NCBI GenBank assembly: GCA_964016885.1
Contig: OZ024741.1
Coordinates: 17,484,001-17,548,000 of the forward strand
Length of the DNA stretch: 64,000 nt
Reading direction: 5' to 3'
Origin: Eledone cirrhosa
Lineage: Eukaryota
Shown here one piece after another: positions 56,481-64,000 of the stretch; position 1 is the stretch's first letter, and each line of letters starts with the position of its first letter. Below the pieces are notes generated by a model. The model was not told the DNA's origin, ran no database searches, and saw only the letters and a list, made by a program, of their open reading frames with translations. A program made the translations under genes and the position numbers.

Positions 56481-57681
56481 AATCATACACAACAAAGATT
56501 GTGATCGAAAATAAAAAATAGGATTACTTGTTTAATTGAAATAAAATATATCATCATCATCATTTTACATCTATTTTCCACACTTGCATGGGTTGGACGA
56601 GTTGTCATGTTGCAGCCAAAATCAGACGACTTTGTCTTGCTCAAAGACTATTTTGGCAAGGTTTGGATGGCTGGATGTCCTTCCTAATGCCAACTACTTC
56701 ACGGTGTGTACTAGGTTTGTTTTGTCTATAAACAATAGTTTAGAGAATCAGGTAAAATACCCTTATAGCTGCTACAGAGAATTAAACACTGTACAAAGGT
56801 TAATTCTGTCAACTAGTAACACCTCATATATAACAGGAATTTACCATCATTATTGTTGTACAGAAGCAACACAAATCATGATATTTGGAATGATCTAATC
56901 AACACTCACTGACAAATAGAAAATTTCTATCTGCACACAAAACAGTTCAGGATTTTAACCAAAGTAGTGAGAACTCTATATGTAAATATATACACAAAGC
57001 CTTTAGTTTATACATATTTCACTTTGGATTGTTGTAAAGGATGTAGATAGCTTCCGATAAAACTTTCAACAAAGACTGAAAATTGGGCCAAACTATTTAT
57101 CTTCTTCAATCAATGTAGATAGCTATAAATATATAAATATATTTACATATATATAGTACTTTCTTGGTGATTTATGAATGAAAAATTTCTAGTCCTGTAG
57201 AAATCATTTCTATAATAAAATATATTATGCCTATACTCTAACATATTCAGTACCTTTTTTAACTGAGGTCATCTCGCAATATACACCGGTAATCCACACA
57301 AACACACACATGCTACAAAGAAAGCTTTAAGCGATACTCTGACCAACTCCAAGGAACTTCAAACATCACTGGTGACAACTCGCTATATTATACTAAAAGA
57401 AGAGAAATAAATAAAGAAATATATAGAAATATATATTTTTGTAAATAAGACAATAGAATCGTGTGGAAATGGAAGCACCAATAGAAACATAAGTTTTAAA
57501 TCTCCGAAGCCGTTTATGAAAGTATTGAAGAAGACAAGAAAACACACTTCGATCTTCCGACGTGGAAGAGGCTCCTATCAGAAGAAACCGTCACCGATTC
57601 ATCATTTTTCTTACCTGTTGTACAAACCTGGTTGGACACAGAACACTGCACAAACGTTCTAATAGTTCTATAGAGTTATGA

Positions 57682-57936
57682 AATAATTGTTTCTACTTAA
57701 GGCACAAGGCCAGCAATTATCCAGTGCATTACCGGTACTTTATTTTATCGACCCCGTAAGGATGAAAGGCAAAGTCAACCTCGGCAGGATTTGAACTCAG
57801 ATCGTAAAGGGACGTAACTATGCTGCAAAGCATGGCGTCCGACCCTCTACCGATACTGCCAATCCACCAAATAATTGTTTCTACTTTTGGCACAAGGCCA
57901 GCAATTACCCAGTGTATTACTGGTACTTTATTTTAT
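57682..57936 (-). mobile_element. Head-to-tail SINE dimer: full copy (57682-57868) plus 3' fragment (57870-57936)
   Basis: The head ...GCATGGCGTCCGACCCTCTACCGATACTGCCAATCCACC runs directly into a second tail AATAATTGTTTCTACTTTTGGCACAAGG...TACTTTATTTTAT. Confidence 0.88.
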
Positions 57937-58461
57937 ATTTACAAATAATACATATGAATAAGCCATAGATGACGAACATCATTAAGTAATGTCAGTTTCA
58001 TGAGGAGATAAAACGTCTCCATCCTTTTGAAGGAAGGGAAAAAAAAAAAAAAAAAACGAGTATAAATCCTGGAAAACTAAGTCCGGTATTGAAAAAAAAA
58101 AAGAAAAAAAGAGAGGAAAAAAAAAATCACAAGGGATTGACACTCCAAATTCACTATTTTCCTTTTACTTTGCTCCACTTTTCAAATTAAATGACACGAC
58201 GGTTCAGTTATATTCAAATATTGTAAGCGCGTCCATTGAGAATATCGTCTTTGACAAACTGCTCAGTTGCTCGCATGTGTGCGTGCTGAATTCTGGGTCT
58301 TTCCGCTGGGAACAACCCCTTGTTTCTCCCCCCCCTCCCTTCCCTTTTTTTGTGTACATCCATCCATTCACTCATTCATTTACTGCCATTCTACCTTCCT
58401 GTGTCTCCCCCTCCATGCAGCCCCTTTTCGCTCCCGTTTTCTGGCACCTCCATATATATAG

Positions 58462-61400
58462 GTGAGCTATGCTGCCCTCTTACCAGCACTTTCCCTTCCA
58501 ACCACACACACCAGCCACCCACCCCTGATGTCGCTCGGTGCCCTAGTCTCCGGCCCCACGCCCCATCCCCCACCCCTCCAAATCGACACCTGCAGCACTT
58601 GCGGCACTACTAACAAACGGAAGAGGGGCCGGAACTGTTTGGGGTGCGGCTGCTTCCACCACCTCACCTGCGTTGGCTTGACTCGTCGAGCCTACAATGC
58701 CCTCGCAGCGTGGAGGTGCAGGAGCTGCCTCTTCCCCACGTCTTCCCAGCCACGGCCGTCTGGCACACCACCAGATGGGACAGCGAGCTTGCCTGACGCC
58801 CGAGCTTCGCTGGTCAACATCGCTCGGCTCAAGCGGCTCCGGAAGATCCCACTCAGGATCCCGAGAGTGGAACGGGTGCTGGTAGCCGATGCCGTCGCTT
58901 CCTCGATTGAGAGTGCCCTGGACTCCAATCGAGTCAGTGACTGGGAGCGGCTGTTCTATTTCGCCTCACTCGCCCTCGGCCTCCCCAGCTCTGGTGCTGA
59001 CCGGGGCAGCTGCTCAGCAGCAGCCTTCGTCAAGGCCAATGTCTCGTCATTTGGGCAAGCACCCATTCCAAGCGTGCCCAGGGACACCACACACCTTACC
59101 CTCAGGTAACCCCTATCCTCCACCCCCGAGACCAGCGCCAAGCGTTTGCGTGACCAGGTAAACGCAAAGCTTTACAGAGTTGTTGCCTCAGAGGATACTG
59201 TCCTCCAACCCACCGAGGAGATCTTGGCTGCTCTGCGGCTCAAACACACTGAGCCACCCACTGTTCTCAGACTCATACCCCCACCCGACCCCCACCTGCT
59301 CCTTGTGGCTACAGATGCGGGTCCTTCCCAGCTAGCAGCTGCGGAGGTGTTGATGGTTTCCGACCAGGCCACCTCAAGGAATTTACACCCCCCTCTCCGC
59401 TGAGGCCGGGCGCCGCCTTCTGAGTGCAATTGTGGCGCTCACCAATAGGCTCATTCATGGTGCCCTCCACCCTTACGCCCGAGGCCTCTTTTTTCCGGCC
59501 AGCCTCACCGCTCTCAGGAAGAAAGAGGGTGGCATACGCCCCATTGCTTTGGGCAATGTCTTCCGGAGGCTAGCTGCCAAGGTGATCTGCAAGTCTGTCA
59601 CACATGAACTGGGTGAGGAGTTTAGTCCGGTGCAACTGGGTGTCGGCGTGTCCGGTGGCTGTGAGGGAGCCTCTCATGCAATCAGGCAGTTCTTCAGCAG
59701 CTGCCAATCGGTAGCGGCATCCAGGGACTCCAGGCACCTCATTGTCAAGCTTGACATGAGGAATGCCTTTAACTCTTTACGCCGGGATCATCTGCTCGAG
59801 GCCTGCCTCAGCCGATCCTCCTCTGCATACCCGCTTGCCTACCTGTCATATGGAGCCCCGAGCATGCTCCTAGCTGCTGATACGGTCATACCCTCGGCTA
59901 CTGGGGTCCAACAGGGCGACCCTTTGGGACCCCTCCTTTCGCCCTTGGTGTTGACCACATCGCCCGGAGTATCACGGCCCCTCTCAACGTTTGGTATCTG
60001 GATGATGCTACGTTGGGCGGGCCCGTACGGACGGTCTGCCAAGACCTTCAATCGGTGATTCCAGCCCTGGCGGGAATCGGCCTCCAGGTCAACTCGGCCA
60101 AGTCGGAGGTGGTGAACGTCAGCCTTGATGCTGTGAGCTTTGCAGCCTCCGTCTTGGACGTGCGGTCCATTCTCCGCCAGGTTCAGGTGACCCCCAAAGA
60201 GGATGTCCCCATCTTCGGGTCACCGATCCACCCGATGGCCATCTGCTCCACCATCAGGTCCAGGCTTCAACAGCTCCAGACTCTCACGAGCCGACTGGGC
60301 TTGATTGACGGCCACCCAGCTCTCTTTCTGCTGAGGAACTGCTTCGCCATGCCGAAGCTCCTCTATACACTCCGCAGCACTCCATGCTACACCCAGACAT
60401 CTCTCCTCGCTGACCTCGATACTTGTATCCAAGCAGCAGCCGAGGGTATATGCAACGTCAAGTTTGACGACATAGGGTGGCAACAGGCCACTTTACCGGT
60501 CAGGTATGGCGGCCTAGGTCTCCGGTCCCCGATCTCACTAGCTTTGCCGGCGTATCTTTCGTCGGTAACCTCGTGCCGCGTCCTCGTCAGCAGGGTTCTT
60601 CAAAACACAACAGAACCCTCTGTGTTCAGAGAACGTGAGGCCGCCTGTGAGACGTGGGACCGGCTGGGACTTATCCCAGTAGACGTCCCTCCTCCTTCTC
60701 CCCCTGTTGACGTCAAGTCCCCGCAACGCACTTGGGATGCTATCCAGTGCAACCTGGCCTCAGACAGGCTCACGCGCCAGCTCGACCAGCACCGCCTTGC
60801 TTGTTTTCGTGCGGCCTCCAAACCCCACAGTGGTGCCTGGCTCCATGCTCTGCCCGCCTTCTCCACTGGCACACAGCTAGACAACCATAGCCTACGAATC
60901 GGCGTTTCCCTGAGGCTCGGCCTCCGGATCTGCCAGCCACACCAATGTCGCTGCAGTTCCACCGTGGACTCTTTCGGCCTCCACCCGCTTTCCTGTCGCC
61001 ACAGTGCCGGCCGCATTCCACGCCATACTGCCCTCAACGAGGTCATAAAGCATGGCTTGGAAGCTGCAGGCTTCTCTTCCCAGCTCGAGCCGGTGGGGCT
61101 GGATCGAGGGGACGGCAAAAGGTCAGATGGCATGACCATCTTCCCGTTCCGACGTGGCAAACCCCTCGTCTGGGATGCCACTTGCACCGACACTTTCTGC
61201 AGCTGCAACCTGGTGCAGTCTGCGACTGACCCAGGTTCTGCTGCACGTCGGACTGAGGAAGCCAAGCTCCTCAAATACCGGTCGCTCTCAGACAGGTTTG
61301 CGGTCGTTCCGCTGGCAGTGGAAACTTCTGGTGTCCTCGGCCCCAGGGCTACCTCCTTACTCACCACCATAGGCGCTGAACTGGCCAGCCGTAGGTGTGA

Positions 61401-61518
61401 GCCCCACGAGTTGGAGTGGCTTTTCCAGCGCGTCTCCCTTGCCGTCCCCCGGGAAAACGCCTTCTCCATTCTGTCCGCCGGGGCTGTGGGTGGGCCCCAT
61501 CGCGTACCATTACATTAG
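58462..61518 (+). mobile_element. Decayed CRE-clade non-LTR retrotransposon ORF (PHD finger, RT, CCHC, restriction-like endonuclease)
   Basis: RT motifs LRKKEGGIRPIALGNVFRRLAAK, QLGVG..GGCE, KLDMRNAFNS, GVQQGDPLGPLL and WYLDD. C-terminal C.C...D.FGLHPLSC...RH, KRSDG...LVWDATC.DT and K..KY..L...PLAVETSG. TAA at 59107-59109 and at least 2 frameshifts. Confidence 0.88.
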
Positions 61519-61774
61519 TTAAATACCATTCTTTCATCTCATACATATATATAATACATATCATGATAGACTCCCCTGTCATGCATTGACGTATGAGGGT
61601 TCAAGTTTTTCAGTTCAATTTTTTATGTTTATGCCTTAAATGGCATCTCAGTAAAGCTACTGATCTACACACCAACCCATTACCATACACACATTGGCAC
61701 ATGCACACACACACACACACACATACATACACACCCATTGCCACACATACATACATATACACAAACACACATAG

Positions 61775-61872
<98 letters not shown>

Positions 61873-62144
61873 TCTCTCTCTCCTCAAAAGAAAGGTTATA
61901 GTGGAGAGAGAGGTGCTGCACCTCAGTAAATTCGCTGAAAAGTGGGTGAATGTGGCGAAAATGGCCCGAGTGAATGGGCCTTCTCTGTATATAAACCTGT
62001 AGGTTGAGGAAGATAAACAGAGGGTGTTGAGGGTTGTTCTATCCACGGGGTGTAAAACAACCCCGCAGTAACATTCCCCCCCTATTGGGGATTTCGATTG
62101 TTTTATTTTTTATATAGTTTTTTGTTATTCATTATTGTTAAAGA

Positions 62145-62826
62145 GGGCGGTGGATTGGCAGTATCGGTAGAGGGTCGGACGCCATGTTAGGGTGGTGGAT
62201 TGGCAGTATCGGTAGAGGGTCGCACGCCATGTTAGGGTGGTGGATTGGCAGTATCGGTAGAGGGTCTGACGCCATGCTAGGGTGGTGGATTGGCAGTATC
62301 GGTAGAGGGTCTGACGCCATGCTAGGGTGGTGGATTGGCAGTATCGGTAGAGGGTCGGACGCCATGTTAGGGTGGTGGATTGGCAGTATCGGTAGAGGGT
62401 CTGACGCCATGCTAGGGTGGTGGATTGGCAGTATCGGTAGAGGGTCGGACGCCATGTTAGGGTGGTGGATTGGCAGTATCGGTAGAGGGTCTGACGCCAT
62501 GCTAGGGTGGTGGATTGGCAGTATCGGTAGAGGGTCGGACGCCATGCTAGGGTGGTGGATTGGCAGTATCGGTAGAGGGTCTGACGCCATGCTAGGGTGG
62601 TGGATTGGCAGTATCGGTAGAGGGTCTGACGCTATGTTAGGGTGGTGGATTGGCAGTATCGGTAGAGGGTCTGACACCATGCTTTGCAGCAAAGAGTTAC
62701 GCCCATTTATGGTTTGAGTTCAAATCCCGCCGAGGTTAACTTTGCCTTTCATCCTTACGGGGTCGATAAAATAAAGTACCAGTAATACACTGGATAATTG
62801 CTGGCCTTGTGGCAAAAGTAGAAACA
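62145..62826 (+). mobile_element. SINE with 12 tandem 45-bp heads followed by one body
   Basis: Heads start every 45 bp from 62145 to 62640. The 12th continues GCTTTGCAGC...GAGTTCAAATCCC...GTAGAAACA. 14-bp TSD ATTATTGTTAAAGA at 62131-62144 and 62827-62840. Confidence 0.95.
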
Positions 62827-63289
62827 ATTATTGTTAAAGATTTTATGTAAAACCCCCGCCGTCACGTCTTGTAATGTCCCATTTTTGTACTCCCCTGTGG
62901 CAAATAAAGAAAGATATCTATCTATCTGTCTATCTATCTATCGATCTATAGATCTATATGCGTCTCTACTTTTTCCTCCTTCTCGCCTTTCTCTGTGTTT
63001 TTACCTCACCTCTTCTCTTTCTGTGTTTTTCACCCATCTCTCCCCTTCGCCCTGTTTTACTACTCTTTCACCTCCTGCATCTCTCTCTCACCCCGTGTTT
63101 CTACCTATCAATCTCACTCTCTCTCTCTCTATTCCCACCCATCTCTCTCTCTCTCTCTTTCTATATCCCCCCCCTCTCTATGTTATCACCCTCTTAACCA
63201 ATTGCCCACTTCACCTCTCAAGTTAGAAGTTAGAAACCTCGTTCAGGTCACTAACTGCAATTTCTGTTATGGATTACCTGTGTGTGTGT

Positions 63290-63564
63290 GTGTGTGAGAG
63301 AGAGTGTGTGTGTGTGAGAGTGTGTGTGTGTGAGTGTGTGTGTGAGAGAGAGAGAGAGTGTGTGTGTGTGTGAGAGTGTGTGTGTGTGTGTGTGAGAGTG
63401 TATGTGTGTGTGTGTGTATGTGTGTGTGTATGTGTGTGTGTAATAGATAATTTATACTTCCAAACCTCTCAACAGTTCACTTGCATCTAATTTCAATGAT
63501 ACATACACACATACATACACACATACATAGACACACACAAACACACAATCACACACACACATAC

Positions 63565-63623
<59 letters not shown>

Positions 63624-63635
63624 TATATGTATATA

Positions 63636-63697
<62 letters not shown>

Positions 63698-63762
63698 TAC
63701 ATATATATGTATATATATACATGCATATATATATATATATATATGCATATATATATATATAA
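63290..63762. repeat. (GT/GA)n, (AC)n and (AT)n microsatellites
   Basis: Read directly. Confidence 0.9.
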
Positions 63763-64000
63763 GTAGACGAGAAAACAGAACCCAGATCCCCTCAGGGAAA
63801 TGGCCTTGCTCAGTATGTAGGAAAGGTGTAGGTAGGAACTCCATTCTCTGCCCCAAATGCAAACAATGGGTACACAAGAGATGTAGCGGGATCTCAGGAA
63901 GCTTAATTAAGAATGTAGGATTCACATGCAGCAGCTGTGCTGATACAGCAAGCAAACAGCCACAGGAAACAAGTACCACCAATCTCTGGGAGGGCCCTGT
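63763..64000 (+). mobile_element. LINE fragment (RTE-like, Cys-rich PHD-like insert), runs off the window
   Basis: The frame from 63792 reads [38 protein letters not shown]...FTCSSC, a motif I recall from invertebrate RTE ORFs; not verified by a search. Confidence 0.6.

Noticed and set aside
60600-61469. 289-aa antisense ORF and other short ORFs over the CRE element
   Set aside because: Shadow ORFs of a GC-rich coding strand with no recognisable motifs.
62145-62730. tRNA genes at the A/B-box sequences
   Set aside because: The boxes belong to SINE heads followed by SINE body, tail and TSD; no convincing cloverleaf.

Overview
Eukaryotic, repeat-dominated DNA with no recognisable host gene. 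The SINE families and microsatellite density suggest an octopus/cephalopod genome (inference). Bases 1-30068 are a tandem array of about 668 copies of a 45-bp monomer with layered higher-order structure (11,833-bp and 8,952-bp offsets). The very long ORFs across it are repeat artefacts. Main observation: the monomer is the 5' tRNA-like A-box head of a tRNA-derived SINE that also occurs as about 9 dispersed copies or fragments in the window. One copy (62145-62826) carries 12 tandem heads in front of one body, all inside an intact 14-bp target-site duplication. It shares its junction and both dimorphic sites with the 30-kb array. The window therefore holds SINE copies with 0, 1 and 12 heads plus an array of about 668 heads, which looks like a SINE-to-satellite series. 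The rest (30-64 kb) is microsatellites mixed with a non-autonomous Helitron, RTE LINE fragments, several Penelope-like elements (GIY-YIG, fold-back ends, (TA)n targets), five minimal hammerhead ribozyme motifs, a ~500-bp palindrome and a decayed CRE-clade retrotransposon with an N-terminal PHD finger.
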